From NCBI RefSeq assembly GCF_006345805.1, contig NC_043008.1:4464001-4528000 (forward strand): a stretch of 64,000 nucleotides of DNA, read 5' to 3'. Positions 23,312 to 36,021 of the stretch are shown in pieces. Within the stretch, counting starts at the first letter, position 1, and each line of letters starts with the position of its first letter. The translations under genes were made by a program, and so were the position numbers. The stretch comes from Octopus sinensis (Eukaryota). The notes under the pieces were generated by a model. The model did no database searches. It was not told the DNA's origin and saw nothing but the letters and a program-made list of their open reading frames with translations.

Positions 23312-26033
23312 CATCATCATCATCATTTAGCGTCCGTTTCCATGCTAGCATGGGTTGGACGGTTCAACTGGGGTCTGGGGAGCCCGAAGGCTGCACCAGG
23401 CCAGTCAGATCTGGCAGTGTTTCTACAGCTGGATGCCCTTCCTAACGCCAACCACTCCGAGAGTGTTGGGTGATTTTATGTGCCACCGACACAGGTGCCA
23501 GACGAGGCTGGCGAACGGCCACGCTCGGATGGTGTTTTTATGTGCCACCGACACAGGTGCCAGACGAGGCTGGCAGACGGCCACGCTCGGATGGTGTTTT
23601 TATGTGCCACCGACACAGGTGCCAGATGAGGCTGGCGGACGGCCACGATCGGATGGTGTTTGTTACGTCCCCAAAGCACGGAGGCCAGTCTATGCGGTAC
23701 TGGCTACGGCCACGTTCGGATGATTTTCTTGTGTGCCACCGGCACTGGTACCACAAAGATACAAATTCCATTGATGTTCATCTATTTTGATTTGTTTTGA
23801 TTTGATTTTCACTTGCCTCAACAGGTCTTCACAAGTGTCACAAGAAGGAAGGTATGCACAGGTGGACTGACTACGTCCAGGTAGGGGCCACGGGTTATGG
23901 CCTGACTAGTCTTGCCGGGTCTTCGGATGGTGTTTTTATGTGCCCCGACACAGGTGCCAGATGAGGCTGGCGAACGGCCACGATCGGATGGTGTTTGTTA
24001 CGTGCCCACAGCACGGAGCCAGTCGATGCGGTACTGGCTACGGCCACGTTCGGATGGTTTTCTTGTGTGCCACCGGCACTGGTACCACAAAGATACAAAT
24101 TCCATTGATGTTCATCTATTTTGATTTGATTTGATTTGATTTGATTTTCACTTGCCTCAACAGGTCTTCACAAGTGTCACAGGAAGGAAGGAAGGTATGC
24201 ACAGGTGGACTGACTACGTCCCAAGTAGGGGCCACGGGTTATGGCCTGACTAGTCTTGCCGGGTCTTCGGTTGGTGTTTTTATGTGCCACCGACACAGGT
24301 GCCAGATGAGGCTGGCGGACGGCCACGATCGGATGGTGTTTGTTATGTGCCCACGTCACAGAGGCCAGTCGATGCGGTACTGGCTACGGCCACGTTCGGA
24401 TGGTTTTCTTGTGTGCCAACGGTACTGGTACCACAAAGATACAAATTCCATTGATGTTCATCTATTTTGATTTGGTTTGATTTGATTTGATTTGATTTTC
24501 ACTTGCCTCAACAGGTCTACACAAGTGTCACACACTTGCCTCAACAGGTCTTCACAAGGTCATAAGTAGGTGTCACACACTTGCCTCAACAGGTCTTCAC
24601 AAGTGTCATAAGTAGGAAGGTATGCACAGGTGGACTGACTACGTCGCCGGGTCTTCGGATGGTGTTTTTATGTGCCACCGACACAGGTGCCAGATGAGGC
24701 TGGCGAACGGCCACGATCAGATGGTGTTTGTTGTGCCCACAGCACGGAGGCCAGTCGATGCGGTACTGGCTACGGCCACGTTCGGATGGTTTTCTTGTGT
24801 GCCACCGGTACTGGAAACCCAAAGATACAAATTCCATTGATGTTCATCTATTTTGATTTGTTTTGATTTTCACTTGCCTCAACAGGTCTTCACAAGTGTC
24901 ACACACTTGCCTCAACAGGTCTCCACAAGTGTCACACACTTGCCTCTGCCTCAACAGGTCTTCACAAGTGTCCACACACTTGCCTCAACAGGTCTTCACA
25001 AGTGTCATAAGAGGGAAGGTATGCACAGGTGGACTGACTACGTCGCCGGGTCTTCGGATGGTGTCTTTATGTGCCACCGACACAGGTGCCAGATGAGGCT
25101 GGCGAACGGCCACGATCGGATGGTGTTTGTTGTGCCCACAGCACGGAGGCCAGTCGATGCGGTACTGGCTACGGCCACGTTTGGGTGGTTTCTTGTGTGC
25201 CACCGGCACTGGTACCACAAAGAATACAATTCCACTGATGTTCATCTATTTTGATTTGTTTTGATTTGATTTTCACTTGCCTCAACAGGTCTTCATAAGT
25301 GTCACAAGAAGGAAGGTATGCACAGGAGGACTGACTATGTCCCAGGTAGGGGCCACGGGTTATGGCCTGACTAGTCTTGCCGGGTCTTCTCACGCACAGC
25401 ATACTTCCATAGGTCTCGGTCTCTAGACATTTTCTTAGTGAGACCTAAAGTTCGAAGGTCGTGCTTCACCACCTCGTCCCAGGTTTTCCTGGGTCTACCT
25501 CTTCCACAGGTTCCCTCAACTGCTAGGGGTAGCACTTTTGCACACAACTATCTTCAGCCATTCTCATCACATGACCATACCAGCGCAAACGTCTCTCTTG
25601 CACACCACAACTGACGCTTCTTAGGTTCAACTTTTCTCTCAAGGAACTTACACTCTGACGATTATGAACACTGACATTACACATCCATCGGAGCATACTG
25701 GCTTCATTCTTGCGAGCTTACGCATATCCTCAGTAGTCACGGCCCATGTTTCACTACCATGTAGCATGGCTGTACGTACACATGCATCATACAGTCTGCC
25801 TTTTACTCTGAGCGAGAGGCCTTTTGTCACCAGCAGGGGTAAGAGCTCTCTAAACTTTGCCCAGGCTATTCTTACTCTAGCAGTTACACTTTCAGCACAC
25901 CCACCCCCCGCTACTGACTTGGTCTCCTAGGTAGCGGAAGCTATCAACTACTTCTAGTTTGTCTCCCTGGAACGTGGCAGAAGTTGGTCTCTGCACATTT
26001 CCAGTGTTTATTGCTCCTGAGCATTTGCCACAG
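23312..26033 (-). mobile_element. 5'-truncated RTE-clade LINE: RT C-terminal coding region (26033-25371), ~2-kb tandem-expanded 3' UTR and (GAT)n tail
   Basis: Minus strand gives LEVVDSFRYLGDQVSSGG, GLSLRVKGRLYDACVRTAMLHGSETW, RRLRWYGHVMRM and VEGTCGRGRPRKTWDEVVKHDL...DRDLWKYAVREKTRQD* (stop at 25371-25373), with frameshifts. It runs directly into the repeat array and the tail. Confidence 0.85.
23470..25370. repeat. Nested tandem array: ~61-bp subunits within five ~330-400-bp units, plus an expanding ~25-bp cacttgcctcaacaggtcttcacaagtgtca repeat
   Basis: The landmark aattccattgatgttcatctattttgattt recurs near 23765, 24099, 24445, 24831 and 25228. There are three near-identical 61-mers at 23478-23660. 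Confidence 0.9.
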
Positions 26034-26051
26034 ACATATATATATATATAC

Positions 26052-26082
<31 letters not shown>

Positions 26083-26094
26083 CATAATATATAT

Positions 26095-26126
<32 letters not shown>

Positions 26127-26185
26127 CTATATATATATATATATATATATATATTACATATATATATATAATATACATATATATA

Positions 26186-26230
<45 letters not shown>

Positions 26231-26233
<3 letters not shown>

Positions 26234-26383
26234 GAGTGGTTGATGTTAGGAAGGGCATCCAGCTGTAGAAACACTGCCAGATCAGACTGGGCCTGGTGCA
26301 GCCTTCTGCCTTCCCAGACCCCAGTTGAACCATCCAACCCATGCTACCATGGAAAGCAGACGTTAAATGATGATGATGATGAT
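26231..26383 (+). mobile_element. LINE 3' tail copy, opposite orientation to the neighbouring LINE
   Basis: ggagtggttgatgttaggaagggcatccagctgtagaaacactgccagatcagactgg...gacgttaaatgatgatgatg. Further copies lie at ~31745-31865(+), 50612-50803(+), 53022-53185(-), 55037-55372(+), 59238-59610(-), 60590-60735(+) and 62531-62801(-). Confidence 0.8.
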
Positions 26384-26493
26384 ATATATTGATAAAAACG
26401 GTAAGACAACAAAAGAAAGAAAGAGACCTTGATATTATGTGAATAGAGGCATTTATCTGTAAATGTAATATGTGACAATTATTTGGTAGCCAT

Positions 26494-26554
26494 GATAACA
26501 CTCCAAGTTTCGGATGCCAAGGTGGAAATCCACGCCACCATCTCTTCAGTTATC
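26494..26554 (-). ncRNA. Type I hammerhead-like motif, left arm (core intact, G at position 17)
   Basis: GAUAA | CUGAAGA | GAUG...CAUC-C | GAAAC-uugga-GUG | UUAUC. Confidence 0.5.
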
Positions 26555-26637
26555 CAGCCATCGGAAAAATGCTATGAAAAAGGAGAAGAATGGAATCAAT
26601 AACACAATCATTTTTCATAGCATTTTTCCGATGGCCG

Positions 26638-26698
26638 GATAACCGAAGAGATGGCGGCATGGATTTCCACCTCGGCACCCGAAACTTAGAGTTTTATC
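26638..26698 (+). ncRNA. Type I hammerhead-like motif, right arm (GUU triplet, U4C in core)
   Basis: GAUAA | CCGAAGA | GAUG...CACC-C | GAAAC-uuaga-GUU | UUAUC. Confidence 0.45.
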
Positions 26699-26733
26699 AT
26701 GGCTACCAAATAATTGTCGCATATTACATTTAC

Positions 26734-26786
<53 letters not shown>

Positions 26787-27229
26787 GAATGTATAACTCA
26801 GAAGGAAAGTGTTCAGAGATCGTCAACATCAGCATTATGCTGTCGCAGTGTTTAGCATTGAATAGTGACAAATAGTGACTAACATCTCTGTGCATGCACA
26901 CACACAGACATACTAATACACACAACGAAACTGAGTGGCTTCATCATCACTTCCATTATTGGTTCATCGTACCTTTGGAATTTTTGAAAAAGCACTGGTT
27001 TTAGTAATTCTTTAAAGATGATGTTAAATTAAATGGTCTCTCATAGTCGATATTTCCTTGAAGTTTCTCCAGTATCATCTCATCTCAGAATGTAGCGTTA
27101 CTGATTCCATCCTTCCCAATGCAAGCATCTTTTTATATTTTTATGCAAAAGAGTAACTGAAAGACATTTTAGGCTCCAGCATGGCCCGTTTCTTTTTAAT
27201 GACTGCATAGTTTCCAGATCTCAAAGTTT

Positions 27230-27840
27230 ATATGTAAATATTTCTCAATGATTTGATGTCTTGTATTCGTACACATTCAAATCTCTCAAAGAAATAACAG
27301 CAAGACTCAGGTAAGCCTCTGCTGTCCTGATGGAATTGAACACCATACGGAAAAGCTATTCCATTAGTTTTCCAACAAGACCCAGAGTGCATAAGTCTCT
27401 GGTCTCTTTGTATGGGGGCAAGTGCTTGACTCTTACATCTGCCATAGACCGAAGAGTCTAAGCATTTGAGCTTAAGCACTTCAGAAGTTTGCTACACATC
27501 CCACACAAAATGGAGCACAAAATGGACAGCTTTGTCAGGTAGTAAGTCAACAAATAAACTGGTTGACAGGAATCACTCTTTATGGAGGAAGTAAGGTGAA
27601 AGTTTGCCTGATATGGTCATGTATACCACCAAAACTCCCTGTCCAAAACCATTCTTCAGGGCAGAGTTGAGGGAGGGAGAAAGGAGGCAAGCAGAGAAAA
27701 TCTGGTTTGACACCATCAAGGACTGAACAAGTCACAACACTGCAAACCAACTACACATGACAGAACAGAGACCAGTGGTGACAACTGACTACAAAAGCAT
27801 CCATAGTAACACCCCAACGACTGGCAGCATCAGTTAAGGG
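27230..27840 (+). mobile_element. Decayed RTE-clade LINE 3' fragment (second family)
   Basis: KEITARLR*ASAVLMELNTI..KSLVSLYG..LTLT..DRRV*AFELKHFRSLLHI and YGHVYHQNSLSKTILQGRVEGGRK match the RTE C-terminal motifs. Confidence 0.75.
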
Positions 27841-28557
27841 GTTTTGAAGATGATTTGAACTCAGTTTTATATTTTAGTCTGTAATTTTCTATTTCAGTGT
27901 CATTGACCTTTTTATAAAATAAACAGCTATTTATAAATGGATTTATGTGTATAAATGTATGTATGTATGAATATGTTTATGTATGTATGTATGTAATGTA
28001 TGTATGTATGTATGTATGTGTTTATGTATGTATGTGTGTATGTACATATTATGTATGTATGTACATATGTATGTATAATTCTATTGGATTAATGGCAAAG
28101 TCAATTTAAGGTTACATATGTTTTGATGAATTGCTAATCAGTTCATATTACATACAAGGGTTATGGACTATGAAATAAATTGCTGTTCAACAAAACATAA
28201 CATAAAATCATCATCACCATTCCTTCATGAAAATTGTTGATAAATATCAACTTTAATGCTGCAAATATTATAACATTCCTATCTGGGATACATGCCTTGG
28301 ATTTGCAGAGGACTCCATTTTTAATTTGCTATTGGATAATCATTCTTTAGCTGATTAAAAGGCGTCATTTTTACACCATGCTTTGAACACTTTGTTAGGC
28401 ATTTTAGGCATTTTATTGCATGTAGCACTGATGAGGTCATCACCTGGATTATATACATAAATTCATTACACACATGCGTGTGCGCACACACACACACACA
28501 GCTATCAATGCTCTTATCTATTTCCCTACTGGTATATCTATTTTAGAAATAAGTTAC

Positions 28558-28644
28558 CTGTTCGTTGCTGAAATATTTCTTAATATTATTTTTCTGTATA
28601 TTCTCCAACTATTAGGTAAGATAGAAATATATTTAGAAGTGCAT
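28558..28644 (-). CDS. Candidate 87-nt symmetric exon, unidentified gene
   Basis: Acceptor gcttttttcag and donor CAG|gtaact. Only one frame is open: CTSKYISILPNSWRIYRKIILRNISATN. The phase is compatible with 21253-21435. Confidence 0.3.
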
Positions 28645-29993
28645 CTGAAAAAAGCTATCAAAAAATTTAAGTTCCACGAAATGCAGAATGAGATTGGTTT
28701 AAACTTTAATATGGGTTGCAGATAACAGGTTGTATGCCACAAGTCATGATAAACAATGGCAAAAATATAGAACTTTGGAATCAGGGAACTTAGATACAGT
28801 TTTTCTTCTAATGAATGATGTTAACCCAGTTCCTTAGCCTAGCAAGCATAATGCAAGATACAAAATTAGTTAATCACAAATTTTTTTTAATCATGTCTAA
28901 CAAAATAAATAAAAAATATTTCGCTTTACTTTGTGAATAAAGTCAAAAACTTTATTAGGAACAGGTAATTATTTTAATCTCTAAATATGAATAATGATAA
29001 AATATTTGTTTATTTATTCAATATATGCAGCATTATATTAAGACTTTATATTTATTTTGTACTATACTAACATACTGTGGTGCCCCCTCTGCTTATCTCT
29101 ACACTAAGGAATCAAATAGGATTGAATCAGAAGTGGTGTGAGATTGGGGGCAATGAGAGTTATCTTCTCTTTATTTCTATATACATGCGCTCATCAAACT
29201 TCCATGTAATTATCATCAAATTTAACTTTTTGCAGAACTGATATTTTTATATTTCCATACTTGAGTCTTTCTTCAATGTCTTTTATTAAAGCATGGTCTG
29301 GAGGATTACTTGAGATATAAGCATTTTGGGGATTATCTGCATTCATACTATACTTTGATATTTATCGTTTGCAATATGTTGCATATAATTTTGAATTATG
29401 TGCTTAAACATGAGTTAAATTACTTAATATTATCAGTCAAAACAATTGGCTAATCAATTGAAATTATACCCATAATGAAAAGAAAATTCATTAGTGTTAA
29501 TGACAATTCTTTTCAAATGGGGAAAGGTAGAAAACTCCAAAATGTAAGTTGATTAAAAATTAAATGAAAACACGCAGTGGAGAGAAATTCTGAGACCTCC
29601 AGACATTTTGTTCTGAGAATCCATTGTTTAATTTTTTTAATATATAATGAATATTTTGAATATTAATTAATAAAATATCTATTTATCTTAGGAAGATATT
29701 TAACAGCAGAGATGTTCCCTTCTTATGTGTGACATTGATTTGCTTCACAATAAAAAGTGATACTTTGATGACATTCTAAAGCGGCAAGATGTTATTGGTG
29801 TTAATGTTCTCCTTTCCATTGAACAGCTAATTTGTACCCCTGAATTTTCTGTTCTCGGAATCTTGAATATCTATTTTGAGTTTTCACTAATTCATTCATA
29901 TTGCTAATCAAGACCAGTGCTGCCCTCTTTGTTCCAAAGTTGTTAAAAAAAAAGTACAGTAATTTTTACTACTTTTTTGGACTATCACTTTAG

Positions 29994-30308
29994 TATTATC
30001 TGAAAGCTAAGCTTAACACTCCTCCAGAAATTGTACTCTGTACAGCTACTAATTTAATTTTAAAACAAAAATGTTCCTCACAGGTAAAATTTTTACTAAC
30101 AAATTTGAAAGAAAACTCAAAAAATATCTAATTTAAACCTTTATGTCTACAAAAATATTTGCCTTCTTTGATCTTCTAAAAAGAATAGCAAAATCAGTAA
30201 GGTTTACTTTTCTACTTTCAGTACGGGGCAAGGAATTTAAAAACAACATTACCTCACCCATTGTCGATATACTGCATAGTCAGTTACCAGAATTTTATAC
30301 CTTGTCTG
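29994..30308 (+). CDS. Two phase-matched candidate exons (29994-30083, 30222-30308) of an unidentified plus-strand gene
   Basis: ctttag|...CAG|gtaaaa, a 138-nt intron, then tttctactttcag|...CTG|gtgagt. The spliced frame is open for 59 codons: YYLKAKLNTPPEIVLCTATNLILKQKCSSQ/YGARNLKTTLPHPLSIYCIVSYQNFIPCL. Confidence 0.45.
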
Positions 30309-30467
30309 GTGAGTGACACATATATATATAATATAATTATTTCTCAACCGCTCTCTCAGTGTCTCTTTAGTATATAAATGCATTTCCTTTTTTTTTATGT
30401 AAAGTATTCCAGATTCTTTCATACTTTTTTCTTAATTTATAAATTTTATTTGCATGTATTTATATCA

Positions 30468-30528
<61 letters not shown>

Positions 30529-32088
30529 TGTGTGTGTTATCTGCATCATAAGAATTTGACAGTTCAAGAGAATGTGAAATAATTTGTTTTTAACTTCAGC
30601 TTCCACAGTTAAAAATGAATATATGTATACATACATGTGTGTATATTTTTCACCAATATATATCAACAAAAGTTACAAGGAAGACAGAAAAAAAAAACAA
30701 CTGGCAAGAAAACAGGTGCTTTTCTAACAATGCCCCTTGTGATATTTGTTCTATACTTAGTTACAAATACTCCTTTCTCAAATTCACTATAAGAAATATG
30801 TTGAGCCAGTGACTGGCTCATTGAAAACCTGCTAACATTGAAATATTGTTCACAAATTTCAATATTATAGTAAAATGTACCAACTTACATAATTTTAGTG
30901 TGCAGGGTTAATAACAGCTCATACATTTGTATATCTCACCCCTCTGACTGTATTTTATGAGGTTTCCATGAAAAATGTATCATTAGTTGCTCTTTTTATC
31001 AGATGCCTGTAGGGAAAAGGACAGATTTATTTATCCTGCACACCAACTTTCGAACAGTTATCTTGTCATATCTAGAAATTTCTTTGCATGATATTACTTC
31101 AGATCAATAAGAAAGGAATAAGTTACTTATTATAAATCATTATGCATAAGTTGCTTTCACAGATGACTCCAAACTTTCTTTATCTTCTTATATCATATTG
31201 AACCACAGAGAATAAAATGTTAAAATCTATGTTTAGCTTGTGCTCTGGCATTTGTCGACTTTTTAGACTTCAAACCTCCTCCATAAATTATGGTTCAAGC
31301 AACTAAGATTTTTAATAATTTGGAAAATTCAATCTTCTTCAGAGGTTTTATTTCAGATTAAATATTAGACTAAAAGCATTTTTAAAAGATTGACAAATAC
31401 AAAATAACAGGAGCATAAAGAAAAAGAAAAACAGGACAAAGAGTGTAAAAGTGGAATGAGTGAGGACAAAAGAATATTGAGGAGACATTTGTTTCATTTA
31501 AACAGAAATCTTTATTGAATATTCTGGGAAATTTGTTGGAAATGGCATCATAGATTTTTCATAAACTTTGCTGATGAAAAAAGGGTGCTTAGAAGTTAAA
31601 TGTATGAAAAGTGTCAGTTTAGAGATTGAGAAATATTTGTGAAAGTTGAGTTATATAAGGAGTATTTCCATTGTAAATCTAAGAATAAGTTTATAGAATT
31701 GTGAGACTAATAACATATGCTTCCAAATGAAACATTAATTGAGTAGAAACTCTGCCAGATCAAGATTGGGGCCTGGTACAGCCATCTGGTTTGCCAGCCC
31801 TCAGTGAAAATCGGCCAACCCATGCTAGCATGGAAAGCGGATGTTAAACGATGATGATGATGATGAGAGCAGTAATAAGAAAATGAAATGGCAAAGGAAT
31901 AAACGAATTATCTCATTTACTTCATTAGCTTACAGCTGTTGTTTCTGCTTTTAAGATGCAGTGGACCCAGAGTTGAGGGCCTGAGTAACAGAGCCTCAGA
32001 ACAGAAACAGCTGTAAGCTAATGCAGTTCATAAGATGAGCCTTTATTCCTTTGTCATCTCATTTTCTTGATGATGATGATACATATAT

Positions 32089-32143
<55 letters not shown>

Positions 32144-32436
32144 AAAGTCATGTCACTCTCAATTGCTATTAGTTGCTCTTGTTTGCTATTATAAACATGT
32201 AATGCAGTACAACCTGCTACATGGTTGGGTCGTTGGCAACTAAACTGGCAACCCCACCAAGCTTGCTTGGTGAGGATGCTGATAGTTGGACACCCTGCAG
32301 GACGAAAAATAAAGCCTGACTTAAAGAGCAGAGGAACTCATGAGCATTCAATGGCCATCCAACTGTGTGTGTGTATGTGTGTGTGTGATTCTTTTTTTGT
32401 TTTTTTTTCCCCTGATGTATTTAATTCCATATATTA

Positions 32437-35400
32437 GTGGGCAGATGGGACTCCTTAACCGTGATGAAGGCACCCCATCTAGGAGAGGGAAACTCTAATA
32501 CAAAACCAGGTCTTTAGTTGCTGAGGGTCTCCTTAACAAGGTTGTACTATCAGCAAACTCTGACTCATAGGGTAGACTAGGTTCTCCAGCTCGTTTATAG
32601 CAGATCGTCTAGGAGATGGAAACCTCTGAAGAAAACGCCTGAGGTGTGTTGTTCTTGGTATTGTGGCACATGTGTGCACCATATTCTTGCTACCATCACT
32701 TCCAAAAAGTGTGGCTGGTTCTACACAAGCCTTCAACACTGAAATCAAATCATCTGTGGCTTTTCTGACAACTTACATTTATTCATTCAATATGGCATTG
32801 CTTCAACTTGAAAAAGCCACAAAGTCTTCTGGCAAGAGAGTGAAAATGGCAGGGGCAGGTAAAGGATATCACTGGAAGTCTCTGGCTGAATCTCTACAGT
32901 CAGCGACCATTGGGTGATGGTCGTCCCAGTACAGAACTTGTGAGTAACTGTGCTGTCCATGTCCTCCAGTGGTGACAAAGCAGATCTATTTAGACACAGC
33001 ACTGCTTTTCCCAACAGTGGGAAGGGTGAGAAAAGGAGCCCCAAACATTGCTTACTCACCTTAAATTTGTCAGCTCGCTGCAGCTGTCTAGTTATTCAGT
33101 AATACAGTTGAAACTCGAAGAAATCTAAGAATATCAACCTTGGCTCTTGGAATGTGAACATTCTCCAAGACAGTCACTCAGCAGCAGAACATAAAACAGT
33201 ACTGGTTGCCCTTGAACTAAAGAAATACATTGGAAGCGTCTTGCACAGTTAGAAGAAAATAAAAGTGGATATATATATATATTTTCTGGTGTGGAAGAAA
33301 TGAAGACCACTTTGGTGTTGATTTTGCTATCAAAACAGAAATGGCTAGATCCCTTCTTTCTCTACCCAAAGGCATTTCTGATCGCATCATGGCACTAACG
33401 TTAGAACTTGATCACAATGCTTGTCAGTTGCTCTGCCCCAACCATGGTCAGCAGGAAAAGGATGAATTTTGCAGCCAACTCCATGATGTCATCTCCAGTT
33501 GTTACCATAGAGATAAACTTATCCTTATGGACGACTTTAACACTCATGTTGGAAATGACTATCAGGCATGGGAGAGGATGTACTTGGTTGTCATGGTGTA
33601 AGTTGAATGAACTCCCACAGTCTGCGTGTGCTCTCCATCTGCAGGGAATTCAGTCTAAGCATCACAAATGCCTTTTTCCAACAGTGAAATTTTTTGTAAG
33701 ATGACATGGATGCATCCTAGATCTAAAGACTGGCATCTCATAGAACCATGTTATCAATAAGAAATGAGATACTAGGGACTTTACACGTTCCTTTCATAAT
33801 ACCTGCTATCTCTCTGACTGTTCTCTTCTCTGTAGCAGGCTACATTCCATCTGAAACGCACAAGGCTACAAAAGTCATCAGTGCCTAAGTCTATTAATGT
33901 TCTGCCTTTGGAAACTGTTGAAAAGCAGGCTGAGCTCTCTATCAAGTTGAATGGACACTGCAGTCAACACTTTTGATATCAATGATGACATAGAAACATC
34001 TTGGAAGTCTCTATGTGATGCAATGCACACTGCATCTGTAGAGATTCTTGGACTTCCTGTTCGTAAACATCAAGATTGGTTCAAAGATAGCAACACAGAT
34101 GTCCAACAGTTGATAGATAAAATGCACATCTCTCACAGAACTTGGATAAATGATATGAGCTCATCCCGGAAACAGAATGCCTACAAGAAATGCAGAGGCC
34201 AGGTCCAACATGCTCTGAGACAGATGAAGGAGGCTTGGTGAACTCCAAGATACTGCAAACAAAAAGGATTCTAAAGCTTTTTATGATGACCTCAAGAAAG
34301 TGTTTGGTCCTCAAGAGCATGGTGTTACTCATTTTTTCATCGAATAGAGAGACACTCCTGACTGACAAATCTCACATCTTGAAATGATGGAAAGATCACT
34401 TTGAGGCCGTGTTGAACTCCACCTCAGTCACCAATGATGACGTCATAATGTCTGTTCCACAGCACACTCTAATAGACTGGAATTGTCTCCGGAGCCAACC
34501 TTTCTGGAAGTGGTAAACTCTATTAAACAGATCTCTTCTGGTAAAGCACCTGGCAGGGATGCTGTCCCTCCTGAAATTTACAAACATGGTGGACAGAAGC
34601 TTTTGAAGAAACTGCATGACCTCTTCATAGGCCATGTACCACAGAATTTCAGGGATGCCTCACTTCAACATCTGTATAAGAACAAAGGCAACAGAAGTGT
34701 CTGCGATAATCCTCATGGAATATGGCTTCTGTCTATTTTTGGTAAGATTCTTGCTCGACTCATTCTTGACAGGATCATCAAACATGTAGTAAATGATATC
34801 TACCCAGAATCACAGTGTGGATTTTGCTGTTTGTGGCACTATTGACATGATCTTTTCCCTCCCACAGGTCATGGAGAAGGTATGCGAGAAAACTCAAGAG
34901 CTGTTCTTGATATTTGTTGACCTTATTAAGGCCTTCAACGCTGTTAGCTGGCAAGCACTATGGAAAGTTCTGAAAAAGCTGAGTATACCTGACAAGATGT
35001 TAAATGTTATCATTATAACTTCTATAGCAGTTTTCTGCTGCATGAAAAGCCTTTTGTTTGACCGTCAGCATAAAGAAGGCAGAAGTAATCCACCAACCTT
35101 GCCCTTCTCCTAAACAAATTCGAGGTGTCAAGCAGAGGCCACTGGTTCACAATTTTCCTGACCCTCCTATACAGGTTGATGGGAAAAGCCTAAATCATGT
35201 GAAGTATTTTACATGTCTTGGTAGTAAAGTGAATTTGAGCATTTCCCTTTATGACGAAATCATCAACTGTCTTGCAAAGGCAACCAATGCAATTGGCAAA
35301 CTCTGTTGTCCTCACCTATGGAATGGAAGGGGAATCAAACTTGACACCAAAGAACAGGTCTATAAAACAGCCATTCTTACTACTCTCTTGTATGGCTCAG

Positions 35401-36021
35401 AATCGTGGATACCCTATAGACAACACATAAACCAGCTAGACATCTTCCTCAAAGACTGTCTGAGGACTATCTGTGGTTATTCACTAAAAGACAAAGTTTC
35501 TAATGCCAACTTGTTTAGCAAAGTGTAAGATTGGTGGAATTGAGAGCTTCCTTATACAATCACAATTGTGCTGGGCAGCCATGTTGACAGAATCAGTGAT
35601 GAAAGAATACCCAAAGCCCTCATGCTCAGCCAGCTTGAGAGTGGACACAGGAATGTTGTTCGACCATGGCTCAGGTATAAGGACAAGCTGAAGAGTAACC
35701 TCTTAGAGATGAAGATAGCTCACAACAAATTTGAGCGAACAGCATCGGTATGAACAAAATGGAGATCGCTGTGTCAAAATGGTATTAAAAACTTTGTTGC
35801 AACCAGCATTAACAGACTTCGGGGTGCAAAGTAAAGAGGAAAAGAGGCTGCAAATATACCACCTACACTGACATGTAATCCTCAAACTTACAATATTTGT
35901 GGCTTTCTTTGCAAACTGTTGGCAGGACTTAAATGTCACATTCGACATAAGCATTGCAAGTGACAAAGAAAGAGTACGTTGTTGGAGCCCCATACACTGA
36001 AACCAGAAGGAGAGTCCTTCA
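32437..36021 (+). mobile_element. Near-full-length dead RTE (BovB-like) LINE: 5' UTR, APE endonuclease, RT and C-terminal Cys/His end
   Basis: LGSWNVNILQD (~33139); KDKLILMDDFNTHVG; KAPGRDAVPPEIYKHGG; YPESQCGF; FVDLIKAFNAVSWQALW; YFTCLGS; YKTAILTTLLYGSESW; terminal CNPQTYNICGFLCKLLAGLKCHIRH. Many stops and frameshifts; ends in (TA)n. Confidence 0.9.

Larger units (their letters stand above)
26458..26734. mobile_element. Fold-back element: 124-bp inverted arms (9 mismatches) with a 29-bp spacer; each arm carries a hammerhead-like motif (PLE pseudo-LTR-like)
   Basis: 26458-26581 is the reverse complement of 26611-26734. The element sits beside (TA)n. Confidence 0.8.

Noticed and set aside
22723-23326. 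Long ORFs of YIYIYI / CVCVCV type (also at 26.0, 38.5, 40.8, 44.1 and 63.0 kb)
   Set aside because: Stop-free translations of (TA)n/(CA)n microsatellites.
23355-25402. Many overlapping ORFs with repeated MCHRHRCQMRL peptides and a CRISPR-like look
   Set aside because: GC-rich tandem repeat downstream of the LINE stop codon. Repeats are contiguous with no unique spacers, there are no cas genes, and the context is eukaryotic.
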